NCBI GenBank assembly: GCA_016748015.1
Contig: JAAOMT010000699.1
Location: 293,322 to 357,321 of the forward strand
DNA from: Geosiphon pyriformis uo1
Taxonomy: Eukaryota; Fungi; Glomeromycota
Direction: 5' to 3'
DNA: 64,000 nt
The notes under the pieces are model-generated. The model was not told the origin of the DNA. It worked only from the letters and a program-made list of their open reading frames with translations, and did not search any database. Positions 1-11,243 of this stretch are shown in pieces (position 1 is the stretch's first letter; every line of letters begins with the position of its first letter). The translations under genes and the position numbers were made by a program.

Positions 1-746
1 AATTAATACATTAGACTGAATAATGTAAATGGACACAGCATAAAGAACATGGTGTTTATATTTCATAGCCGAGTCCAATAGATGTTTCCCCCTTCCTTTT
101 TTGATCGTCCATGGAAACAGACCTTTATTGCGTTTGCGAATACCCCAGTTTTTTAAAGCATCCTAAATTCTTTAATTAGCTTATCTATCAAATATCTAGG
201 CTATCCATTTTTTGAGTTATTTGCGTCATTTAGTTATTCATTTATTTGCTTAATAAAATTGAAAGAAGCTCTTATTTGAATAATAAAGAAAAATTTAATT
301 ATTATCATACTTTTGTATAGAAAATCTATTTCTGAACATACAATAGATTGTAATCTTACATTCCAATGTAAATCTGCAATGACTAAAACACATCATAAGA
401 AACAAGTCAAATTATAAAAATTAAAATATCAAAAAGATTCTTTTTCCTGAAAAAACGTTTTCACACAATTCCGACAAGGACCTAATGGAAAATATTTTAA
501 ACAAGAAAATATCGTTCCATATGATTCCAAAGTTGACACAGCTGGAATTGCGATATTACCGTGGCCCGATTGAGAATCTTTGAAAGTTATGATTGTTGTC
601 GTACTTCACATCACTATTTAATCATCCAGAACTTAAATGGTATTTAAAAAAGCCCGGAATGATCTTTCTGAATACATTTAGGGTATTGCTAAATCGACCC
701 ACCCGCAACACGTGATATTAATATATATAATTTTAATATTTATTTA

Positions 747-1027
747 GGGAATTGCTAAATCGACCCACCCGCAACACGTGATATCATTTACGTCATAGTT
801 TCGTATTCAAATATATATAGGAACATATTAACGAATATTATGGTTAATTATAAAACACTATAAATTACTTAAGGCATAATAAAAAATTAAATATATAATC
901 TATATTCAATTTTATATAAGAAAAAGTTATTTTTTATTTTAATTAAACTAATATTTATTAGAATTACTAATAAATAAATATTAAAATTAATATCACGTGT
1001 TGCGGGTGGGTCGATTTAGCAATTCCC
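747..1027. mobile_element. 281-bp MULE-derived MITE inserted in inverted orientation into its parent element's end
   Basis: Perfect TIRs GGGAATTGCTAAATCGACCCACCCGCAACACGTGATAT at 747-784 and, inverted, at 990-1027. 8-bp TSD TTTATTTA at 739-746 and 1028-1035. The interior consists of the two subterminal regions of the surrounding element. Confidence 0.9.
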
Positions 1028-1123
1028 TTTATTTATTAGTAATTCGAATAAATATATAAAATTGAATATAGATTATATATTTAATTTTTTATTATGCCTT
1101 AAGTAATTTATAGTGTTTTATAA

Positions 1124-2158
1124 TTAAAAAACACTTAGTTGTGGACAGGTCCGAATATTATAGCCTTGTTTTTTACAAATTTTACATTTACGTATTTGAA
1201 TTTGAGAAGAAACATTTTCAACAATTTCAAATTGGGATAAATTTCGTTGAATAGATGATTCTTGATGAGCAATATTTTGTTGAGAGCGATTTAAAGCACC
1301 TAAAGGACGTTCTCGAGTTCGTTAATTAAAAGGATTCTCAATTGCAAGAGATGTGTTTGAAATCTGAATAAATTGAGTGCGCATTGCTTCTTGTTGATGT
1401 GGAGCCAAAAGTTGATATGTTCAATTTACTTCTTCAAGCAATGGATCCAAACTTGGAATAACTGTTGGAATATTAGCTTCAGGATTAATCATTGTAAAAA
1501 TATGATTTGTATTTACTAGATGCCAAATAAAATGAAACTGATTCATAGAGAACTCCCCAGTAACAAGCATATTTCGAATTTGATGTTCACATGGAAGGCC
1601 CATTGTTGTTGAAAAAACACCAGAGCAAGATGTTATATTATTATCCAATGGTTTTCGTGCAAGAAGATACTGTCCATAGACTGCTTTTAAGGCAAAAATT
1701 AAGACTTGTCGTACAATATTTTGAAAGAAAGGGATGTTGTGATCATGACAAATTCGAATACGCTCAATACTTTGTTGTGTTTCAACTTCTTTAGTCGTAT
1801 TTTCAAAGACATGTAGTCGTCGAACAGCAGGATGTCCAGCAATATTATCAGATGGCTCATGATTATGTTCAGCATTGCGAACTGTTAAATGCCAGCACTC
1901 ATCAGCTTTGAGTAATCGTCCATATACAGTAAAAGGGCAGTTTGTTAATTGAGTTGCTGTTTTTCATTGTCGATCTTCTAATACAAGTCTTTTAGAAGCA
2001 TTATATTCATTTTCCCGATCATATTTGAAGGTAATACGAGTACCATTAGCAGCAGAGCGTCGTTTTGAAACTACATATCCTTGGGAGTATGTAAAGGTGT
2101 TAAGACTTTGTATCATCATCTCATAAGAGCTATATGATGTTTCTGGAGGTGGTAACAT
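1124..2158 (-). pseudogene. MULE transposase pseudogene (FAR1/WRKY-like Zn domain, SWIM-like finger, C-terminal CCHC knuckle; DDE core deleted)
   Basis: One reading frame runs from ATG 2158 (MLPPPETSY...) to TAA 1124 with three internal stops (1964-1966, 1421-1423, 1322-1324). Motifs: SQGYVVSKRRS...TNCPF...WHLTVRNAEHNHEPS...GHPAVRRL; SCSGVFSTTMGLPCEH; RTRERPLGALNR (degenerate RGRP); RNLSQFE; RKCKICKKQGYNIRTCP. Confidence 0.85.
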
Positions 2159-3237
2159 TATATGAACATAATCTGTAATTTTATAAAAAGGTAAAATCAA
2201 AAGAAAACTTATTAAGTTTATTCTAGAGCTCTTTAATTATAAACTCGTTAATATGTTCCTATATATAGTTGAATACGAAACTATAACGTAAATGATACCA
2301 AATACCTTGATTAATTTATGAACAAATAAAAAACGTGATTTAAAATAAATCTGCATATTTTCTATAAATACTTTTAAAAAAATATTTAAAAATTGTATAT
2401 CAAAGACCAAATTTTCAAATAATATTGATTTTGATTTATTAATTAATCAAAAATTAATCTTTGATTTAATTTAAATTTGGAACTGATAAGTAAAAACATA
2501 TATGAAGGATTAAAACAATAAAATAAGTTAGATAATAAAAAAAGAAAAAAAGAGCTTTGAATTAAATATTGTAAATTATTCAATAAAAGAAATCAATTTC
2601 AATCAACAAAAAAAATCAAATTATAAATAGTTTTTATTAATTTTAAGTTGATTATATTTAATAAATAAAATTTGGAATAATAAGAAAGAGATTTAGAAAT
2701 TTTATACTATATCAATTATATTTTTCTATTTTTAAAATAAGATATTACCCTTTATAATTAATACATAGTAGCTGAATAGAAAAATTAACTATAACACTAT
2801 TATTGTTAGAAAATCTAAGGAGTTTGGTAAAAATTTGATTTTTCAATAAAACGTAAAATTTTCTATGCTGCAAGATCATTTCAACAAAAAATAGTTAGCA
2901 ACTTTCACATTCAAAGAATTATTTTTTTTCCATATAATTTTCAAGTGATAACATGCTCTTGATCGAAAGTAAAGTATTGCATTGTTTATTTTTAAAAGAA
3001 TAATAAACATAATCCTAAAATTAAGAAACTTGATTAATTTCGACAAAGAGATTTTTTTATAAAACAAAATCTTTAAAAAAAATAAGCATTTTATAAGGGC
3101 CTTGCTCGGGTTTTTTTATTTCTTAAATATTTCTTGCATTTTAGCGAGGAATTTAATTTAATTTTTTTTTCCAGATGGAAACTGCTTTTTCACATCCAAT
3201 CTAAAGCCTTAAACCTTACATCTCTCATACAATCCCT

Positions 3238-3331
3238 CTTTGAGGCAATAAATATCAATAAATTTCAGAGAAGATAGAAATCAACTTTGAGGCAATAAAT
3301 ATCAATAAATTTCAGAGAAGATAGAAATCAA
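3238..3331. repeat. Perfect 47-bp tandem duplication
   Basis: CTTTGAGGCAATAAATATCAATAAATTTCAGAGAAGATAGAAATCAA at 3238-3284 and 3285-3331. Confidence 0.95.
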
Positions 3332-3713
3332 ATTTCTGCAATTTCTAACAGGAGAATCAGGGTGATACCTGTTTATGAAAGAATATAAATAGCTTTCCTT
3401 TTGTTCTGCGTGAATAAAGTTATGCACACGAAAAAAATCTACCAAATAAGAAATTGCAGACTTCTTCGGCTGAAAAACTGGTTTATAAGTAATAGTTTGT
3501 TTCTATTTTAATAAAAAGATTTGTGCATCGAATCATTAACTAGTTGCAATTGAGCTATTGTGCAGGAATCTTAACATTTCGGCAATTAAACATGGATGAT
3601 CTTAATAATGATGGTAACATCAAATACTTTTTAACAGATAAATACTCACCCCAGCAAAACTTTTTCAGCTTGAAAACTCTCCCCAAAGTAAGAACTTCAC
3701 TTAAAATCAAAAA

Positions 3714-4678
3714 ATGGGAAACTATACCTTCCTTAAGATATTTAATGTTATGGCTTATTTCTTGTTTCTTGGTTTCCATCTTAAATTCTGGACAAATGAT
3801 GGAAGTATAGAGAAAGTAAGTTGAGTAGATGTAATAGTTTTATCCTTTGAGCTTAAAATATTAATTTGAAAATTTTTTCAATAAATCTATTAATTTAAAA
3901 AATTTTGCGATTAATTATCAATCAACAACCTTTAATATCATTTTAATCCCCTAATCCCTGACGATTTTCACAGGATAACATTCCAACAAAAAATTCTTAT
4001 ATAACATATATTACGCCGGCAGACTTTACACTCTACATAACGTCGGGCCTAATAAATGTACTCTTCCTCGGTTTTATAATTTATCAATTCTTCGACTCAG
4101 CAAATGAAGTGGTGATCGATGGAATACAATGGGATTTCATAATCATCGCTAGCCTGACTTCAACATTTCTCTCATTGTGGGATCTAGAATACATTTTCTG
4201 TACATTTGTTGTATCAGCTGTTCTCGGAATTCAAGTTTCTTATCTGTACTACAGAATTCGCCAACAATTTCCAGCAAAAAATTGGGCTGATGTTTTATAT
4301 ATTCATGCTCCATTGTCAATTTATCATGCTTGGATAGTAGTGATTACATTGACAGTATTATTTGCTGCAGTGTTTCCTAACCCTAAAGAAGGACATGAAC
4401 CTGAGATATTAATTAGGATTGCGGTTGGATTGGCTTATATATGTTTGGAGTTGACTGCCATTTTTTATGTTGAGGCTGTTGGAAAAGAAGATATTCTTGG
4501 TGCTTTGGTAATTTCTTGGTCATTTCTTGGAATTTGTTTTAGGGTTGAGGATCTTGGATTTTCCATTGCAGCATTGGGGTTGGGGATATTTACTGGGATA
4601 TATGCTGTTTCACCTTTGATTCGTCAGTGTTGTCGGGAGAATAGAAATTATGGTGAAAGTGTTTCATTATTAGCTTAA
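3714..4678 (+). CDS. Multi-pass membrane protein, TspO/MBR-related (fungal DUF1774-like), ~268 aa, 2 exons
   Basis: Exon 1 3714-3815 (MGNYTFLKIFNVMAYFLFLGF...), GT-AG intron 3816-3973, exon 2 3974-4678 in frame with ORF 4109..4678. Motifs TYITPAxFT...LFLGFIIYQF and HAPLSIYHAWI; several hydrophobic helices. Confidence 0.75.
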
Positions 4679-7536
4679 AATATTATTTGATATTTTAAAA
4701 AGATACTTTATTGTTTTCTTTTACTTGGATTTGGTTATTTTACGATTTTATACATTTAGATTTCTCACATCTTCAAACTGATTTTCATTTTTGTTGATCA
4801 TTGATTTTCTGAAAAACTCTTCAATTAATAAATATAAATTCTTTGCCAGTCTAAATCTTAAAAAGTTTTGTAAAAGCGGATTATTTTTAAGAGATTATAA
4901 TAAAGAAAACTTAAAATAAAATGAATCAAAAAAAGGGAAATCGATTTAGATAATTTGACTTTAAAAGAATCAATCTCAAAATTATAAATTAATCTTTAGT
5001 AATTTTAAGATTAAGAAATAGTTAATATTTTATTAATACCGTTGAAAGTTATTTACAATTTTTTCTTGTTTGATCCAAAAAAACTCAAAGCTATTTAATT
5101 GTTTTTTTGTTTTTTCATAAATTTGTTAATTATTTTGTTGAAAAGATTTTTTATTGCTTTTAAATGTACTTATCTAAAAATATTAATAACTAATTATGAT
5201 CTAAAATATTCAATACAAAATAAAATATTTGAATGATATTAAATAAAAAGTAACATAATAAGTCAAAAAGTTTTTATAAGATATTTCATTTTTTCCAAAA
5301 ATTTGAAAAAAAAAATAAAAAATACATCTCTTATCTTAATAAATTATTATTGCTCATTTGAGTTAAAGTAGTAAGGTTACCATATTTTGCTGCATCATTC
5401 TCTAGTAATTGGAAAAAAAAATTCCAAGATCGCATCAAATTAATATGTTGACAAAACAAGACAAAACAAACTAATATATATATATATGTATATGTTTGTT
5501 CGCATATTATAAGTTTAACTTTTAATAAATAGGATCAAAATTAAACTTTATTGGCTCTAGAACAATTAATGATTTTCAAAACAAGAAAGGGTAAATAAAA
5601 GATTAGATCTTTTTATCATAAATTTCAATTATCATAAAATCTATTTCATTTAAAAGGTGTTTGATAAGCGAAAATCATAATCAACATTTCTAAAGATATT
5701 TTAATATATAAAAAAAAGCTATTAATTAATCATCTTTTAAAAAGATAAAATTATCATGTTAAAAAACTTTTATATATATATTTTACTTTATTACGAATAA
5801 ATAAACAATTAATTGTTGTAGTTTTCATTTTTATTGTCAATTAAAAATAAAATAGCCGATATATTAAAATTCAAATTTTATTATAAAAAATAAGCAATGA
5901 TTAAGCGATATGCATTATTTTAATTGTAAATTTTTATTAATAATTAATAATTAATAAATGATAAATGATAATTTTATCAAACTTTGATTATCAATATCTT
6001 GTAATTTTTAATATTTTTAATATGGAAATTTTTATATGCTGATTTCAATTGTTATTAATTTTTGATGGATTCTTAAAAATAAAATTTTATTAACATTATA
6101 ATAATATAACCAAAGAAAATTTATTACATTATTAAAATGGAAATTTTAAGTTTCAAAATTTATATATATGATTTAATTCAACAATATTAAATCATTTAAT
6201 ACCAAACAAATTTGTAAAAGTTTTTAATTTTATAACAAAAAGCCTTTTATTTATTTCAAAAAGCTGGTAATTAAAATAGATTATCTTAAAATTACGCTTT
6301 TAACTCAAAAACATAACAAATTTCACATGAAAGTCAAACTGTGATTTAAAGTATTTATATAAAAATCAAAAGTATTATTAATATTTTACAAATATCATTA
6401 AGAGATATTAGATTAAAAAGACTTTTAAAATATATTTTTGGGCAAAAATCAAATTGATTCACTTTGATTGTTTTATATAATTTAGATCAAAACCAAAAAT
6501 CAGAGAATTTGACCTGAACAATACAAAACTTGGTTAAATTCATCTAAATAGTCTAGCTATTGATATTCAAATATTTAAAATTGACAAAAGAGCGATTTTT
6601 TATATATATCATTTTAAGCAAAGTTTTATTAAATCAACTTTAAATAGTTTCATTCTTTGACCTTGTTTTATTTCATTAATGTTTATACTTTATTTCGCAT
6701 TATATTTATCAAGTTTTAATGATTGAGAAAGTAAATATATTTCGTTTTAAATTTATAATAGGATCTAATGCTTTTTTTAACGTGCCTTTCACATTCAAGA
6801 GCAAAAATATCATAACAAACCCTAGATCTTTAAGTAAAAAAAGGCTTTATTGTTGAAACACTGAACTAGTTTTCCTAAAAACCCCCGGGATATCTATTCC
6901 TTTAAATCCTAATTAAATAGCCTAGGTAAATTGATTTTTACAGAAACGCAATCGGTATGAATTATATTTAGCATTCCTCTTGATTTCTCTTATGCTCTTA
7001 AAGTTTTCAACTTGATAAAGCTGAAATCTTAACAAAGATTGGCTTTTTTGTTTGAGGATATCAAAAGATTATGAATATTCTTGTTTTAAACTAATCACAA
7101 TCTTACATTATTTTATCTTTTTTAAAGTGAAAATCTTGCAATATTGGTGTTCCACTTTTTATCACTATATTTTTATCTTATTATTATTTCAAATTTGTGA
7201 TGTAAGCATAATCTCCAATGCTCGTTGCAAGTAATTCCGAACCCTATTTTGATAGTCTTTTTTTGATTGATTTGTAAAGATAATTTATCTTAATATTTTA
7301 ATAAAATCCGAAGATAAAACACTAAACGCAAGGTTTCTTGGTAGATAATTGAAACGGCCCTACCCCTGTGATATAAGTGCTCTAACTCAAAATTTATCAA
7401 TTCAACAGCACGTCATTTTGTCAGCTTAAAGAGAGAGAGAAACAAGTTTATAAATAGTTGACACAATAGCTTCGATTTTTTGGTAAAGATCGGTTCTTCA
7501 TTATTATATTACATTTCACAAAAAAAAATAAATGAC

Positions 7537-9005
7537 ATGAAAACGATAATATGGCTTCCCCTGATATCTCTTCATTTTGTTAATGCAGCGAAGGATATCA
7601 GCTCAGAAATAAGTAGCAAAAGTGACAATGAATTTTATGTTATTTATGTGACCGCAGCTATTTGCATGAGTTTGAATTTTCTGGGATGTTCTTTTATCTT
7701 TTTGAACACGTTTCTGAAATGGAGAGTGAATGTTACGAAGAGTCTTGCCATGTCGTATCGGCTCCCGTTTTATATTGCTTTAACCGGTACATTTCTTGAT
7801 TAACTAATCAATTAATAATATCGCTTGGTATTAATAACTTTCTGTCCATTTTTTAGATTTTTCCATTATTTCGATACATGCCTTTAACTTTGTAAGAAGG
7901 TTTTAAATCTTTTCAGTTAAAAAAAAGTTTCTCTTAATATCTTTTCAAAGACTTTGACTTAATAATAGGGATACTGGGCAAGATATGGTAGAACATGGCC
8001 TAATCCAGCATGTAAAATAATTGGTATTGCCCAAGCAGTTGCCAATTCCTATAATAATTACCTATATGGTGTAATTGCTATTTCCACTTATTTAAGAGGT
8101 ATTTATCTTTATGGAATCTTAATCAACTCTACAAACTTATTAAATATTTATTTTTATATTATCAGTTGTACGTGGATATTCATTTAGTTTTGGTCGTTAT
8201 GACTATCGGCTCTTTTTGATAATTACAACTTTTATGCTAGCCACTACGTTACCGTCGATTGATAATGGTTTTGGGCCACAGAAATACTGGTATGTGTGAG
8301 AAATATATAGATTTTAAGAAATTTTCATATATAAAATTCTTTCTCGCATAGGTGCGCGACAAATGACCATCAAGCTAAAGAATATATAATTGGAATGATA
8401 TCAATGATTGGAATCACTTTGATCACATTATTTTGTTTCGTGTGTATCCTCAGATTATTGGCACAAAACAGAAATCAGATGTCTATAGAGAGTGACGGAA
8501 CACAAATTTCCGAAAATCTCGAATATGTAGTGACAAGAAAAATTGCTAGTTATGTGCTAGTATTCCTGTTGCAATGGGTATTTTTTTTGATTTGACAAAC
8601 ATTTCCATCCTTTTTTTCGAAAAACGAGATAATTTTAAGTCTTGTTCTATCAACTTTTTTAAGATTCCTGTGATGACCTATGTAATAGCTTTGGCCTGCA
8701 GGGTAAGATTAATCCAAAATTGAACTTAAATTTTTCACCAGGCCCTAATGTTTTTTTAATTGTTACTTTTTAAAAAGGCTACTGGAACATGGATATGGGT
8801 AACAGTGATAATAGGTAAAAATTCAAAGGTTTCCTCTTTCTGTTACAAAAAAATTCACAAAAAATCTTAATTTTTCTCATAAATAGGAATAAATTTCGGC
8901 GGAATAGGCAACTCAATTACTTACTTACTAAATGAAATTCTACTATCTACAAAAAAAAGAAAATTCGGGACATCAAGAATAGAAATTAAAGAGATCGAGT
9001 CATAA
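7537..9005 (+). CDS. 7TM G-protein-coupled receptor, Git3/cAMP-receptor-like, ~319 aa, 8 exons
   Basis: Exons 7537-7786, 7857-7891, 7969-8098, 8166-8289, 8352-8577, 8664-8702, 8778-8814, 8887-9005. All introns are GT-AG and the phases join into an open frame. Motifs: RLPFYIALTD, WPNPACKIIG, IAISTYLRV, GRYDYRLF, FGPQKYWC, TRKIASYVLVFLLQWIP, NFGGIGNSITYLLNE. N-terminus resembles a signal peptide. Confidence 0.85.
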
Positions 9006-9686
9006 GAATTTTGCAAAGTCGAATAACGCCTTATCATGCATGCAGGAAGTGAAAAAGGAATCCTTTTTTAGGATAAAATGCATCTTTGCATCCATTGTGA
9101 TTTCGTAATCTGAATTGTCAAAGTTTGGGAAATTTTCGTCAACGGATTATTTGTTTCAATTCAATTAGCTCCAAGATTCAAATATCAATGATATCTTGTT
9201 AGTCACCTATTTTATTGGATATACGAAAGAACACCGCTGGTTTTGAAAAACATGAAGGGAATCAATACGATCGATTATACTAGTTTCCAAATGAAGTGAT
9301 GAGAGAAACAAGGAGTCTGATTTCAAAAAACGTTTGATCTATTTAAATTCATTCAAGGTGATATAATGGGACATCCAAGAACATTTTGAATTAATCCTAG
9401 CCTTTTAAAAGTTAATTCGATTAGTTAAATGCCTTTGAGGCATAAATTTAGATTTGGCTTTAAAGGCCTTCTACAATGCACTGATATAAAATTACGAAAG
9501 TATAATTTTCGTGAAAATTCTTAAATATTTAGTATGAAGAGTGAGATAATTCTAACCTTGAAATCAAGATGTCACCCGAACTCTTTGCAATCCGATTCTC
9601 GTACTCCAGTTAAACGCAAGTTTTTGAAAGATTTTACAATTGAGTGGTCGATTTCAGTTGTTTTCTTGGGAAAAATAACAAAGTTC

Positions 9687-11243
9687 CTAGGGCAAAGATT
9701 TGAAGTTTTTCAAGAAATTCAAAGTATTTCTGCAGTTTCCATTTGTAAAATCATACCTCGCTGATCCATTGTCACGAGGAAACACTTCCTCCCCATATTT
9801 CTGGAGAATCCTGATGTAAACAGCACTGAGATCTTTTTCAAAGGATAACTTTAAAGTGTTTGTCAAATTGGGAGAACATCTTAAAAGGAATTTCTCCAAG
9901 GCAGCGGGCTTGAATTTAAACCTTGTGGCGCTTATATTCAAACATCTTAAATTGGATGGTAAATTGTATCCCCAGTCAGGTAGCTTCTTTGAAACATCAA
10001 TTGGTTGAGTCACTTGAAGAACAGAGAGTTGAAGGTACTGTAGCAAAGAACATTTTTGCAAAATTATGGGAATAAAATGTAGCATATCATCAATATTCTC
10101 CAGAATAAGTAGAGTTAGATTGGGACAATTTTTCGCAATGGTTTCAGCGATATATTCCGAAGTCTCGTATTTACAACTTCGCCGCCATGATAGTGTTAGT
10201 TCTTCTAGACAACCTTCTGTGCTCTCAATCATTTTAGCAAACATTCGATGATCCATAGAATTCAATTTCAATACTAAAGATTTTAAAGAGGGAAATTTTG
10301 CATCGGCCCATCCAAATGCACTCCCTGTTCCAAAAGTGCTTGGATGGTTATCACAAATGGTCAGCCGCTCCAAACATTTGTTTCCAGAAAAAAGTTGAGA
10401 AGGCAGACAGACTATAAATAACAAGGTCACTTCTTTCAAACCCCACATCTGGCTCATGATGACATCTAATGTTGCTCGTGGCAAAGGCTGATTTCGCCCA
10501 CCTATATTAATGCTTTGAAGCGATCGTTGAAAGAGGATTAAGGTCAACAACCCCTCGGATTCTAGCCAGGATGAAAGGATAGTTAGACATTTGAGATTTG
10601 TGCAGCATTCTGAGGCCTTCAACAATACTTGATTTTCTGGTATGCTTCCAGCAATGGTTAACTCGGTTAAATTTGAGAGAAAACGTGATGCATTGGGCGT
10701 CTGAAACAAAGCTAGCTGAATTTCTCGGGCTGAAATGTTCAAGATCAATTTCTGCAGACCTAGTTGGCTCTCTTTAATGAAAAATCGGTAAAAGCATTGA
10801 AAAAATATGCAGCACAATCGAGAACCACCTAGTTGGTTTTTTCGATCTAACCGCTCGGTATATCCAGCAATCGGGATCCAACGTCGAATAGCTTCTAACA
10901 AGCGTGCCGAATTTATTTCCTTCAAGAATGAGCCATATGCAAAAAAAACTGAAATAACTTTAGGGGAGACATTAACTGACTGTTTCATCCCTTTATCATT
11001 TGTTGGAGCTAAAACTAAATTTTGCTGTTCCAGGAAATTTATTTCTTCTTCCCCGAAACAGTTAAAATAGGTATTAAGTAATGCCCAAGGTTTATGGAGA
11101 GAATCATTGAACGGCGAAGCCCACATGTAAGGAATTGCTGCGGTACACCACAAGCGATTGACTAATGTGCAAGAAAACAGATTTTTAAATGAGAGATTTT
11201 GAAAGATTTCTTGCAGAATCTCGGTTGGTAAACGGTCAGACAT
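9687..11243 (-). CDS. F-box / RNI-like leucine-rich-repeat protein, 518 aa, intronless
   Basis: N-terminal F-box LPTEILQEIFQNL...LFSCTLVNRLWC...WASPF, followed by LRR-like repeats (CTNLKCLTI, FPSLKSLVL, NCPNLTLLIL, PSNLRCLNI). This architecture is common in Glomeromycota. Confidence 0.9.
   Translation of the reverse strand: MSDRLPTEILQEIFQNLSFKNLFSCTLVNRLWCTAAIPYMWASPFNDSLHKPWALLNTYFNCFGEEEINFLEQQNLVLAPTNDKGMKQSVNVSPKVISVFFAYGSFLKEINSARLLEAIRRWIPIAGYTERLDRKNQLGGSRLCCIFFQCFYRFFIKESQLGLQKLILNISAREIQLALFQTPNASRFLSNLTELTIAGSIPENQVLLKASECCTNLKCLTILSSWLESEGLLTLILFQRSLQSINIGGRNQPLPRATLDVIMSQMWGLKEVTLLFIVCLPSQLFSGNKCLERLTICDNHPSTFGTGSAFGWADAKFPSLKSLVLKLNSMDHRMFAKMIESTEGCLEELTLSWRRSCKYETSEYIAETIAKNCPNLTLLILENIDDMLHFIPIILQKCSLLQYLQLSVLQVTQPIDVSKKLPDWGYNLPSNLRCLNISATRFKFKPAALEKFLLRCSPNLTNTLKLSFEKDLSAVYIRILQKYGEEVFPRDNGSARYDFTNGNCRNTLNFLKNFKSLP

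Larger units (their letters stand above)
681..2306 (-). mobile_element. Non-autonomous (internally deleted) Mutator-like element (MULE)
   Basis: Left TIR GGGTATTGCTAAATCGACCCACCCGCAACACGTGATA at 681-717. The right subterminal sequence 2245-2297 matches the nested MITE end (782-834, reverse complement, 2 mismatches). The right TIR appears mostly deleted (residual 'aatacc' near 2301-2306). The interior encodes MULE transposase domains. No clear outer TSD. Confidence 0.8.

Noticed and set aside
1-300. Possible gene fragment on the minus strand at the window start
   Set aside because: Short frames with stops and no motif I can assign with confidence.
681-1027. CRISPR-like array (three ~37-bp repeats)
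   Set aside because: The third copy is inverted, a TSD is present and the context is a eukaryotic MULE. These are TIRs.
9534-11070. Plus-strand ORFs 9534..9764, 10066..10251 and 10807..11070
   Set aside because: Antisense shadows of the F-box gene, with no motifs.
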